Source: Gammaproteobacteria bacterium
GTDB lineage: Bacteria; Pseudomonadota; Gammaproteobacteria; CAJXQU01
Assembly (NCBI GenBank): GCA_965238175.1
Contig: CBDEGZ010000003.1
Coordinates: 1,632,001 to 1,696,000 of the forward strand
DNA length: 64,000 nucleotides
Reading direction: 5' to 3'
The notes beneath the pieces are model-generated. The model was not told the origin of the DNA and searched no databases. It saw only the letters and a list, made by a program, of their open reading frames with translations. Positions 42,478 through 52,572 of this stretch are shown here, in pieces. Numbering within the stretch: the stretch's first letter is position 1; each line of letters opens with the position of its first letter. A program made the position numbers and the translations under genes.

Positions 42478-42684
42478 GTTTTTAGTAACTTGTAAGGTTT
42501 TATTGAGCGGTATTGTACATCTTTATTGATGTTCGAGAGAGGATTAAAAGGATCTAAAAAGGTGGTTGAACATTTTTCCTTTTAACGTTTGTAGCGATGG
42601 TTAAAAGCTCGGGATAGTCCTTTGAATCTATTTAGAAGAAATGTTATCAATGATAGTCTGAGTTGGTTTAATATAAACTAAAGT

Positions 42685-42694
42685 TGGTGCCCGA
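42685..42694 (-). other. Candidate att site (tRNA-Leu-like 3' end, TCGGGCACCA)
   Basis: CCA-terminated acceptor-stem fragment at the host/element junction; only 10 bp. Confidence 0.45.
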
Positions 42695-42877
42695 ACAGGG
42701 TGCGAAACCGAACTGTGAAAGCACTCTTTTAACAGCATGGAACAAGTGTAACAAAAAACTAATTTCAGAGCCTGAAACATTTTTCTCTAACCAAGATTAT
42801 GAGAAACTATTCTCAACCTTGGCTGATTGGAATGACTACCTGGAAAATCACACGCCATACTTCAAGGAGCCTCAGCC

Positions 42878-43405
42878 ATGAGTATCCAAGAAGAAAAAAA
42901 TCAATTATCGAATCTGTTTCATAGCAATGTTGCTAAAACATTAAATCACGCTGATGTTCAAAGTGAATTAAATGATAAATTCCCGCTTAATAAAAACAAA
43001 AATAAGCTTAGGCAAGGTGAAGTAAAAAAATCAAAGAAAAGTAAAACGTCGCAGCCGCGTATTACATTGCGTCTGACGGAAGAAGAACATACTCAGCTAA
43101 AACACTTGTCCGAAGGCATGGCAGTCAGTGCCTATATTCGCAAATGTATCTTTGGGAATAAGGCGGTGCGGCGCAAGCGGCGTAGTCATGCTCCTGTCCA
43201 AGACCAGCAATCCATGGCAAAAGCACTGGCACTCCTGGGGCAATCACGCATTGCGAATAACTTAAACCAGCTTGCTCATCGTGCCAATATGGAATCGCTC
43301 ATCATGGATGAGACAACACTGGTGCAAATCAATGAAGCTTATGACTATGTGATCGTCATGCGGGATGCTTTAATTCGAGCAATGGGTCTTATTGAACACA
43401 CATGA
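42878..43405 (+). CDS. mobC: Relaxosome accessory protein MobC
   Basis: RHH ITLRLTEEE...VSAYIRKC and IANNLNQLAH motif; ATGA overlap with the relaxase. Confidence 0.85.
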   Translation: MSIQEEKNQLSNLFHSNVAKTLNHADVQSELNDKFPLNKNKNKLRQGEVKKSKKSKTSQPRITLRLTEEEHTQLKHLSEGMAVSAYIRKCIFGNKAVRRKRRSHAPVQDQQSMAKALALLGQSRIANNLNQLAHRANMESLIMDETTLVQINEAYDYVIVMRDALIRAMGLIEHT

Positions 43406-45874
43406 TCTTAAAAGGCTCCCAACGTGGTGGCGAGATGAAACTAGCCCGCCACCTGATGAACATGCACGACAACGATCATGTAGAGCTGCATGAGCTAAGA
43501 GGCTTTGTCGCTGATGATTTAATCGGTGCGTTTAAAGAAACACACGCTATCTCGCTTGGCACAAAATGTTCTCAATTTTTATTTTCCTTGAGCCTCAGTC
43601 CACCAGAACTCGAGAATGTCCCTGTCTCCGAATTTGAAAAAGCCATTGACGCGATAGAAAAGAAAATCGGTCTTGTCGGTCAACCCCGTGCCATTATCTT
43701 TCATGAGAAAGCGGGGCGTAGGCATGCCCATTGTGTCTGGTCTCGCATTGATCCAGAAAGAATGCGGGCGATTAATCTGCCACATTTCAAAATGAAACTT
43801 CAGGATATTTCACGCCAACTTTATATTGAACATCAATGGCAAATGCCACTCGGCCTGCAAAATAAGGCGGACACAGATCCATTGAACTTCACATTGGTAG
43901 AAGCCGGACAAGCCAAGCGAGTGAAGGTCGATCCACAAGTGCTCAAGGCTATGTTTCAAAAATATTGGGCGGCATCCGATTCAAAGGTTGCATTTTCTAA
44001 TGCGCTCAAAGAACAGAGCTTTATGCTTGCCAAAGGAGACCGACGAGGATTTGTAGCGGTCGATCAACAAGGCGAAGTTTATTCCATCTCGCGCTGGGTC
44101 GGTGTGAAAGCAAAAGAGGTTCGAGCGCGTTTAGGAAAGCCCGATGATTTGCCGAGTGTTGAAGAGGCGCAAGCTCTCATTCAAGCCAATATTTGTGATG
44201 AGGTTTTAATTTCTGCTGAAAAAATAACTAAAAATCATGAGTCACAACTTCAAGAACTGGAACAAAGACGCGACATGCTTGTTAGCAAGCAACGGCAAGC
44301 ACGAGATGATTTAAAACAAAATCAACAGGCGTGTTTTATTGAAGAAACAAAAACGCGAGCAGAAAAATTACCAACGGGTTTGAAAGCTGCATGGTCAAAA
44401 CTGTCCGGCAAGTATCAAAAAATTAGTGATGAGAATGAAACGGAAATTAGACTCACAAAACAACGAAATCGAGCGGAGCACCAACAGCTTGTGCAATACC
44501 AGTTAAAAGAACGCCAAGCCTTGCAACAAGAAATACGACAAATACATTTTGAGCATGAGATAGCCATTAAGACTGTTTGGCAGGAAATGGGTAGAAGTTT
44601 CCGCCACCTTAATATTGATCCTGCTCAACCGCTGATTATACCGGTTGATGAAGAAGCGTTAACTATTGCAGCGAAAGTCAGACGCAACCCCAGAACCATA
44701 CTGGATGTCATTTCTGACAAGAAAGAAGTCTTTACCCGTAATGATATTTTGCGGGGCTTAGCCAAGTATATTGATGAGCCGACACGATTAGCACTGGTAA
44801 TTGATAAGGTCTTTCAATCCAAAGAGCTGGTTGAATTAGAAACTGCCCCCTCACCGCGTTACACCACACGCGACATGCAATCGGTGAAGGTAACACTTGC
44901 CGAACAAGTACAAACTATGGCTAAAAACAATAAGCACACTGTGCGTTCAAATCATATAAGCGCCGCTATCGCAATACAAAATAATGCACTACAACGAACG
45001 ATAGGTGCGACTTTAAGCGAAGAGCAGGAAAATGCCATTAACCATGTGCTGGGCTCAGAACAAATAGCAAACGTTGTAGGTTTTGCTGGTGCCGGTAAAA
45101 GCACGATGTTATCAGCAGCACGTTCCGCGTGGGAACAACAAGGCTATCGTGTTATTGGTGCGGCATTGTCAGGTAAAGCGGCTGATGGACTGGAAAGTTC
45201 ATCAGGGATTGAAAGCCGCACTTTGGCATCACTGGAACATAGTTGGAAAAATGGCTATAGCGAATTACAAGCTAATGATGTGTTGGTGATTGATGAGGCT
45301 GGGATGATTGGTACACGACAATTAGCACGCTTTGTCGAGAAAGCACAAAAGACGGGAGCCAAATTGGTACTGGTTGGCGACCCAGAACAATTACAACCCA
45401 TACAAGCAGGCACGCCATTCAAAGATATTTGCGATCAAATCGATACCGCACAATTAACAGAAATCCGACGACAAAAAGAAAACTGGCAACGACAAGCTTC
45501 CATCGGTTTTGCAGAGCAACGGACTGGGTTGGGGTTACAAGCTTATGAAGAAAACGGTTTTGTGAAAATCAAAGATGACAATGCCTCTGCTATTACGGCA
45601 TTGGTTGAAGATTATATGAGTGACGTTGAATTGTATGGTTTGGATGCATTAAGGCTAGCACTTGCCCATCGCAGAAAGGATGTTCACAAAATCAATCAAA
45701 CTATCCGTGCTGCACGACAATCGGCAGGTGAGTTGAGTGACGAAACCTTGTTTCAAACAATTCATGGTCCCCGTGCCTTTGCGAAAGATGATCGCATTTT
45801 ATTGACACGTAATGATCGGGAATTGGGTTTGCGCAACGGTATGCTGGGTACAGTTGAAAGCGTCGATGATAATC

Positions 45875-47100
45875 TGTAGAAATTCAGATTTGATCTGACA
45901 GTTACCCAATTATCAGTAACCGACTGTCAGGTTAAGTTTAATTCACAAACTTTTCCTTCCAGATAGCTTGTCCGTCGATGAGTGTTTCCATCGGCGTCCT
46001 CCCGCAGCACATTTTGCCTTGGTGAGTTCGTTGAGTATTGTATTTGAGCAACCATTCGTCAAGGTCGAGTTGCAGTTCATCAATCGATTGGTAAATTTTC
46101 TTACGCAAAGCGACTTGATAAAACTCATTGAGGATCGTCTTATGGAATCGCTCACAAATACCATTCGTCTGAGGTGATTTGACCTTGGTTTTGGTGTGTT
46201 CGATATTGTTCAACGCCATATAAAGCTGATAATCATGCTGGTCAGCTCGCCCACAATACTCCGTCCCTCTATCTGTCAAAATGCGCAACATAGGCAAACG
46301 TTGTTCTTCGTAGAATGGGAGGACGCGGTCATTGAGCATGTCAGCTGCCGTAATCGGTGTTTTAGTCGGGTACAGTTTCGCGTGAGCGACCTTGCTGTAA
46401 GTATCAACAAACGTTTGTTGATAAACCCGACCAATGCCTTTGAAAGTACCGACATAGTAAGTATCTTGCGAGCCAAGATAACCAGGGTGTGCCGTCTCTA
46501 TCTCGCCACAAGCCTCATCGTCGTCTTTCTTGCGTTCCATCGCCGCGACTTGAGACTCAGTGAGGATCAAGCCTTCACCAGCTACCTTATCAGACAATGC
46601 CTTCAGGCGATCTTTAAAGCAAGCAAGACCATGACGAAGCCAGATACAACGAACGCCACTGGGTGAGACAAATGTTCCCCGTTTGCGCAGCTCGTTACTG
46701 GTGCGCGTTTGACCATGTGCGGGCTCTTCCAGTGCATACTCGAGCACAACGGTTTCAATAGCCGGGTCGATTCTGTTTTTAAGATTTGGGGTACGCCGAT
46801 TACGATCAAACAAGGCTTCTACACCGCCTTCATCAGCCGCTTCTTTGTAGCGATAAAATGTATCTCTGGACAAACCCATCATCTTGCAGGCTTTTGAGAC
46901 ATTGCCGAGTTCTTCAGCGAGATTGAGTAGACCAACTTTATGTTTTATAACTTTGTCATTAGTATGAATCATGAGAGTTACCTCTTTGTGTTTTGATGTT
47001 TACGTTGCAGTTACATCAAAGCGGGTAACTCTCACTAAATCAAGCGTCGCTACGCTCCGCTTGATTTAGTGATGTGTCAGATTGGGTCTAAACTTCTACA
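45875..47100 (-). mobile_element. IS481-family insertion sequence (1226 bp)
   Basis: TGT...ACA ends, IRs TGTAGAAATTCAGATTTGATCTGACA / TGTAGAAGTTTAGACCCAATCTGACA, GATAATC target duplication. Confidence 0.95.
45938..46972 (-). CDS. IS481 DDE transposase
   Basis: KVGLLNLAEELGNVSKACK, GSQDTYYVG, LTDRGTEYCG, PQTNGICERFH. Confidence 0.95.
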   Translation of the reverse strand: MIHTNDKVIKHKVGLLNLAEELGNVSKACKMMGLSRDTFYRYKEAADEGGVEALFDRNRRTPNLKNRIDPAIETVVLEYALEEPAHGQTRTSNELRKRGTFVSPSGVRCIWLRHGLACFKDRLKALSDKVAGEGLILTESQVAAMERKKDDDEACGEIETAHPGYLGSQDTYYVGTFKGIGRVYQQTFVDTYSKVAHAKLYPTKTPITAADMLNDRVLPFYEEQRLPMLRILTDRGTEYCGRADQHDYQLYMALNNIEHTKTKVKSPQTNGICERFHKTILNEFYQVALRKKIYQSIDELQLDLDEWLLKYNTQRTHQGKMCCGRTPMETLIDGQAIWKEKFVN

Positions 47101-47431
47101 GATAATCAAATAAACGTTCTTCTTGATGGTGAGACAAATAACCAATCGCGTCGTGTAACTATTTCGCCAAAGCAATATGATGCTTTTGATCATGGCTATG
47201 CTACGACGATTCATAAATCGCAAGGTGCGACAGTGGATCGAAGTTTTGTACTCGCATCGACTACAATGGATCGCCATCTCACTTATGTCGCCATGACGCG
47301 ACATAGAGAAGAGGTGCATCTTTATACCGATGAACATGCTTTACAAAAAATATTGCGTCTTGAAAGACAAGACGGGGAGAAAGTATCTCTCTCAACCCTA
47401 AAAACACGAAATTTAAGAAGGTAAAAGGCAT

Positions 47432-47621
47432 ATGTTGTCAGCGGTGTGCTCGGCGTAAAACAGCAAGGCTTCCGTATCATTGGTGCCACACTGACAGCTA
47501 AAGCTGCCGAGCAATTGGAAACTTCATAAGGAATTTAAAGTCGCGCCTGACTTCCAAAGAACAAAGCTGGAAAAATGGTTGCGGCGAATTACAACCCGAT
47601 GGTGTATTGGAGATTGATGAA
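47432..47621 (+). pseudogene. Degenerate second copy of a helicase segment
   Basis: Aligns by eye with 45106-45297 (QQG.RIIGA, WKNG..ELQ..IDE) with stops and indels. Confidence 0.7.
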
Positions 47622-47631
47622 GTAAGGCTAT

Positions 47632-48141
47632 TTATATCACGATTGTTATTTTGCTTGATAAATCTAATATGAAGAACCATGCTATTAAAAATACATACGG
47701 TAACCATTGTGTATTTGCTAGCCCGAGAAATGAAGGAAGGCCATCGGTATAGATCCAAATGTCTTTAAATTCAGGATTATTGTGAACAAAGTCAAATATC
47801 TTTTTAACATGTTGATTAGCTCTTCTTACAGCGACACTAATAGCAATGATCGTTAGGAGAGAAATAACCATGGCGACAATGGGAATTACTGGGTAATAAA
47901 TGCTGTTTTCGATAGTAAACGCGCCAGATTTGCTTTTATCAATGCCAAGAGCTGTAGATGCTAAAAGGAATGCCTGTGAAGAGACGAACCAACTGGTTCG
48001 TTGAACAATCATGTTCGCTTCGTGATCTATTTCAGCTCTTAATCGATTGAAATGGAAATGTAGTTTAGTGACAACAGCCATGTCCGACTCGGAATTAGGA
48101 ACGTTTGTTACATTGTCATCAGCCATAAAATTTACCCTCAA
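47632..48141 (-). CDS. Small 3-TM membrane protein (RipA/8xMP-like)
   Basis: IDHEANMIVQRTSWFVSSQAFLL followed by hydrophobic helices; family assignment tentative. Confidence 0.55.
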   Translation of the reverse strand: MRVNFMADDNVTNVPNSESDMAVVTKLHFHFNRLRAEIDHEANMIVQRTSWFVSSQAFLLASTALGIDKSKSGAFTIENSIYYPVIPIVAMVISLLTIIAISVAVRRANQHVKKIFDFVHNNPEFKDIWIYTDGLPSFLGLANTQWLPYVFLIAWFFILDLSSKITIVI

Positions 48142-48175
48142 TGATAAGATTTAGCTTAACTCATAGCATATAATA

Positions 48176-49036
48176 TCAAACGGTAGGAGTTAACCGAAAT
48201 CTTATATAAGCGCGGTCATCGTAACTAATCTGGCCAGGATACTTTCCTTTTGGCGATAAAATTTCATGAATACAAAGTGGATCTTTTTCTGTTAGGTGTA
48301 ATAGATGATTCTCAGACTCTTCTAAAGAAAGAAAAATTTCCGGATAACCATCAGAGGCTAGAACAATTTCTTTTTCAGTCAAGCTAAGCTTGTGAATCTT
48401 GAAGTGACTCAAGGAAACAGGATCCCCATTTACTACACTGTATCCATATCTGTTAGAAGAGTTTGCGAAATTTTGTTGAGCTGTCAAGAATTTATTAATC
48501 ATCGGAATTGATGGATCAGATTTCAGAAGTTCTTTAACCGTACTACCTTGTACGAGTTTTGCCTCAAGAAAAGCAGATCTGAATGAACTTAATATTTTTT
48601 CGATTTTAAATGGTTGTAAAAAATCTCTATTTTTTGTTAGCGCTTGGCAGTCACCCAGTTGCCAAATTTCATGTTTGTTTTTTGAGTACACGCAGAATAC
48701 TAGTCCACCCGTATGCCTCATTTCAAAGATCCCCAGCTCTAGCTTAATTTTGTTGATATGGTCAGATAACTGAGACAGAAACTGCCCTGAAGTAATATCC
48801 GGTTTGACAGTTAAAAGAAAATCTCGAGCAGACCCAACAATTAATTGTCCAATCGTTTTAGCTTCATATGTAGTATGGTGGAGAGCTGAAGTACCGTCGA
48901 ATACGGCTACAAAATGCTCGTTAAATACAATTAAATCCTCAGTTCTTTTGGGATCTGAATATTTAGATTGCAGTAGTTGTTCTATACTAATTATTTTATT
49001 TTTCAAAAAATACCTGTCCTTCAACCAGCACCCCAT
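48176..49036 (-). CDS. PP2C/PPM-fold phosphatase-like protein
   Basis: TED, AVFDG, LGDCQ, LASDGYP, DDRAY metal-binding pattern. Confidence 0.7.
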   Translation of the reverse strand: MGCWLKDRYFLKNKIISIEQLLQSKYSDPKRTEDLIVFNEHFVAVFDGTSALHHTTYEAKTIGQLIVGSARDFLLTVKPDITSGQFLSQLSDHINKIKLELGIFEMRHTGGLVFCVYSKNKHEIWQLGDCQALTKNRDFLQPFKIEKILSSFRSAFLEAKLVQGSTVKELLKSDPSIPMINKFLTAQQNFANSSNRYGYSVVNGDPVSLSHFKIHKLSLTEKEIVLASDGYPEIFLSLEESENHLLHLTEKDPLCIHEILSPKGKYPGQISYDDRAYIRFRLTPTV

Positions 49037-49811
49037 CTCTCAGCTGCTCTATTACATCTGTTACCTTTCTTCTTATAAAAGTACCGTCCTCAATAGTCCA
49101 GCAAAAACAATAGAACATCAGTGATTGGAATAAACGAACTTCTCTAAACCGGATAAAATTGTTGTTGTTTTGTGATGGTGAAATATTTTCGGGATGAGTT
49201 GATAGTAGCAAATTAGCGTTCAAGTCTCTTAATTTGTCTGCTACATATGGAATCAGGTCATATTCTCCACCTTCTATATCACATTTTACGAATACCCGAT
49301 CGTGGTCTAAAGTATCTAAAAATTTCCAGAAATCGAAGGAAGGAGTAATGATTGTATTTGCAATATCGAAGTTTCTATCGGCTCGTTTTCTACCTGAGAT
49401 AGTACTTGTCTCACTATTACCAAGCTTGTCGTAGAACAAAGCTACTCCTTGGTTTGATGTTGAAGCTGCACTTCTTTGTGCAGTAATTTTGTCACCAAAG
49501 GAATTGAGGGCAATCGACTTTTTGAGCAGATCATACGCTACTGGGTCAGGCTCAAATGCAAGTACTTGGGCACCTTTTGTGGCAGCCAACAAGCTATAGG
49601 GACCAATCCACGCACCAAGATCTATAAATAGTAGCCCATTCATGTCACATTTTGAGACGAGGTTTATTGATGGATATTCCCAACTACCCGAAGAAAATTC
49701 GTTCCAAAAACTTTTATGTTCAATTCCTTCCTTATCGAAATAATTAGTATCTGAGTCCTCATCGACATTTATGTATAAATCAGTATCAGGTATGTTTACT
49801 TTTCGAGACAA
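48996..49811 (-). CDS. FkbM-family SAM methyltransferase
   Basis: FIDLGAWIG, AFEPDP, VKCDIEGGEY. Confidence 0.85.
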   Translation of the reverse strand: MSRKVNIPDTDLYINVDEDSDTNYFDKEGIEHKSFWNEFSSGSWEYPSINLVSKCDMNGLLFIDLGAWIGPYSLLAATKGAQVLAFEPDPVAYDLLKKSIALNSFGDKITAQRSAASTSNQGVALFYDKLGNSETSTISGRKRADRNFDIANTIITPSFDFWKFLDTLDHDRVFVKCDIEGGEYDLIPYVADKLRDLNANLLLSTHPENISPSQNNNNFIRFREVRLFQSLMFYCFCWTIEDGTFIRRKVTDVIEQLRDGVLVEGQVFFEK

Positions 49812-50317
49812 GTTAAATACTCACTTTTTTAAACTATTCGAGGTTCGAGTATACATAGCTGATATAAGAAGCTCAAAATGCTTCTTCTTTGGTGATTGTG
49901 CATCCTGTAGCTTATTTAACAATGAATACAGTTCAGTAGAAAGTCTTGAGGGATGCAACGGGAGAGCGTAAGCGTCTCCCTTGCCAAGTATGGTTTTGTC
50001 TGACAAAACACATCTTGCAGCCTTCGCTGTATATTTTCTAACCTAGCTCATTTTCTGATTATAGTTCTTTCCTACTATCGCTTTTCTGGTTCATCGGGTG
50101 TCACTGCACTCTTTATCTCCCTGAGATGAGCAGGCATAAAAAGAATGCCAAGCGTCTATATTGACACATCCATCAATAGAGTTGCTGACCGTGATACAGA
50201 CCCTGTTATGCACTACCGGGAAGTTGCAAAAATACCGCCAGCGAGGCCCGGATAAGTCGCGCTGACGGTTAGTGTTAGTGGTTCCAGAAGCTATACATTC
50301 CCCACGATGATGGGCAT

Positions 50318-51052
50318 TCAATCCTTTATTGACACCAGTTTGCCGCCCAGCTCATGTGCGATATAGGCATCAATTAATCGCCGTGCATGTTCATCTGGCG
50401 TGATGCCCGGCACAATCTCCGCCTGCACATCATCCACAAACTCCCGGCGCCCCGTTTCACTGATAAAGGGTTTATCTTCTTGTAAGGCATCGGCATAAAC
50501 ACCCAGCCAGAAAGAATAAGACGCACTGGCACCAAATAGTCCATCAAGCTGAATACGAACCGACATATCTCCGACTGTGATAACAAACTCACCGACTTCA
50601 CCCCATTGTGGCACGGTACCCATCGCAGCCATGGTCGCTGCTTCAAGGACACAGCCCGGCGATTCGGGACAAGCGGTGATATCCGGGTTGCCGTTATTCA
50701 GGCGGCGTGCAAGATTCCTTGCCTCTTGACGCAGACGCATGGTTTCTTTTTCATCAGCCATCATCATGGCGTTGTGATGTTGACTAATAAGGTCACGAAA
50801 ATACGGTAAGGCTTCTTCCATCGTATCGGGAAGATGCGCCGTGTCATATTGGAATTGAAGCGTCTCTTTTCGTTCAACGCAGGTTGTTCTATTGCTATAA
50901 ATCTCGGCTTCTTCATAAAGCTTGATGTCGCCGACTAGTGCGGCGGCTTCGCCTAAATTGTCGATGCCTAGTTGAATGCAATTTTTAATTAATGTCGTGT
51001 CGAGCTCTGCATCTGCGTCTAGCGTTAAAAATACGTCTACTTGTTGTCTCAT
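50318..51052 (-). CDS. KlcB-like plasmid leading-region protein
   Basis: VPQWGEVGEFVITVGDM...DKPFISETGRR motif. Confidence 0.55.
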   Translation of the reverse strand: MRQQVDVFLTLDADAELDTTLIKNCIQLGIDNLGEAAALVGDIKLYEEAEIYSNRTTCVERKETLQFQYDTAHLPDTMEEALPYFRDLISQHHNAMMMADEKETMRLRQEARNLARRLNNGNPDITACPESPGCVLEAATMAAMGTVPQWGEVGEFVITVGDMSVRIQLDGLFGASASYSFWLGVYADALQEDKPFISETGRREFVDDVQAEIVPGITPDEHARRLIDAYIAHELGGKLVSIKD

Positions 51053-51092
51053 GGTTAGTTCTTTCTGTTGTGTGGTACGTCATTGCACCATC

Positions 51093-51116
51093 GAGACCAG
51101 CCGTAAGACTGGTCTC
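51093..51116. terminator. Hairpin between leading-region genes
   Basis: GAGACCAG-N8-CTGGTCTC. Confidence 0.45.
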
Positions 51117-51123
51117 TGTGTTG

Positions 51124-51603
51124 CTATGATGTTTTAGATAAAAGTGAAAGCTCTAATTGTGCTTTGAGTGCCATCAATGTATTCACATGGTCGTGCCATG
51201 CTGCGTTACTGGTGGGGCAGTTGGCACTGGCAAGTTTTGTAAGCTGTTCAGTCACGACTTCTGTTACTGATTTTTCATTCCCCTGTGTGGCGATGGAAAG
51301 CGCTTTGTCTAACAGAGTAATGATATCAGCAGGGAAGTATTGACGAGGGTCATCATAACCAAAGGCATAATCAGAATTGTCGTAAGGTATTTTCTCTACC
51401 CCGTCTTTTTTGATGGAGGTAATGACGGTGTTATGAAGCCCCCAGCCCTCAACCTCGACCTCATAGCCTGCTTGTACCAGCACATTTTCAACCTGCCAAG
51501 TCTCTATCTGACCATCACCATCGTTAAAGCCAAATTTGTCAAAAGCTTCTTCCCATAACCAATCATAGTGACCACCGCAATTTTCGCATTCTGTAATAGG
51601 CAT
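51124..51603 (-). CDS. Hypothetical protein with N-terminal CxxC
   Basis: GGAG RBS; CENCGG..WEEAFDKFGFNDGDG. Confidence 0.65.
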   Translation of the reverse strand: MPITECENCGGHYDWLWEEAFDKFGFNDGDGQIETWQVENVLVQAGYEVEVEGWGLHNTVITSIKKDGVEKIPYDNSDYAFGYDDPRQYFPADIITLLDKALSIATQGNEKSVTEVVTEQLTKLASANCPTSNAAWHDHVNTLMALKAQLELSLLSKTS

Positions 51604-51656
51604 TGTTTATCTCCTTCTATTTTTATATTTGTGTGTTTTTTGAATTACTCTTAGGC

Positions 51657-52175
51657 TCAATGACTCCAGAACACATGAATGTGTTGATAGCCAGTTTCGA
51701 TGGTGTAAATATCACCACTCAATTCCATATCGCATCCCATGCGCTCATAGTCGATATAGAACGCTAAATGTTCAGGAATATTGGAGGTGGTGTCTTCGGT
51801 TAGCTGCTGGGCGTAATCAGCAAGACTTTCATGTTCACCCTGATAACCCTCATTTAATGCTCTTTGGGCATCCTCAATATCACCGCACCAATGGTTTAAT
51901 ACAAAAGCACCCAACTCGCCGTGCTCTTCAAGAAACAGGGCGATATTATTGGCACTTTCCAGTCCTTCATATTCTGATAATTCGACACCGTAGAACCCTT
52001 CGTAATCATGGAGCGCATACTCTTCCGCCCCTTGTTCTGGGCTTTCGGATAGCATCTTATTCACTTGGTCTTGAATATCATTTAAGTCTTGGGTGGCATC
52101 AATCCAGACACCATGCAAAATACCGTTGTTGTATGCGGCTAAATCTGCCACGTAAATTTTAGGTTCCATGCTCAT
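51657..52175 (-). CDS. ardA: Antirestriction protein ArdA
   Basis: IYVADLAAYNNGILHGVWID, EEYALHDYEGF, YIDYERM; acidic; start moved to ATG 52175 after GAGG RBS. Confidence 0.92.
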   Translation of the reverse strand: MSMEPKIYVADLAAYNNGILHGVWIDATQDLNDIQDQVNKMLSESPEQGAEEYALHDYEGFYGVELSEYEGLESANNIALFLEEHGELGAFVLNHWCGDIEDAQRALNEGYQGEHESLADYAQQLTEDTTSNIPEHLAFYIDYERMGCDMELSGDIYTIETGYQHIHVFWSH

Positions 52176-52213
52176 TACTTTTTCCTCTTTTCTTTTAGGG
52201 TTAAAAAAAACAC

Positions 52214-52392
52214 CCCGCTGGGGTTGAAAAACCCCAGAAAAAAAAGCGAGCTTGCGAGCGAAACACAGGTTCTGGTGGAGCCAAGCCAGGGGGAACCACC
52301 CGGTCTGCACAAACGACCAACGGGAGAGCGGAAGATGGGGGGATGGCTTGGTGGAGACAGGCTCTGTGTTAAATTATTTAGCCCCCAGCGGG
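52214..52392. promoter_or_regulatory. Long imperfect hairpin upstream of ardA (ssDNA-promoter-like)
   Basis: Nested pairs CCCGCTGGGG/CCCCAGCGGG, AACACAG/CTGTGTT, CCAAGCCA/TGGCTTGG. Confidence 0.6.
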
Positions 52393-52572
52393 AGGAGAAT
52401 AAAAACAAGCGAACTGAGTTATCAGTTCACCTTATCTAAACGGGGCGTTGCGGGGTGTCCCCGCTAGAATGGGGTGATGGAAAACGGCAGCTATGGCGGT
52501 TGCAGCAGGGGAAAGGCTTTTCCCCTTTAAGAGTAATTTAAAAAACGATCTCTTAATCAGTGAGCAATCAGC

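Larger units (their letters stand above)
43402..47424 (+). pseudogene. Relaxase (VirD2/MOBP-like) fused to TraA/RecD-like helicase, interrupted by IS481
   Basis: SLSLSPP, HEKAGRRHAHCVW; Walker A GFAGAGKS, IDEAGM, GDPEQL; frame resumes at 47101 with HGYATTIHKSQGATVD...YVAMTRHR. Confidence 0.88.

Noticed and set aside
45943-46897. Several short ORFs overlapping the IS481 transposase
   Set aside because: Alternative-frame or antisense shadows with no recognisable motifs
52176-52467. N-terminal extension of ardA and small ORFs in this interval
   Set aside because: The region is a structured non-coding hairpin; ArdA similarity starts at MSMEPKIY
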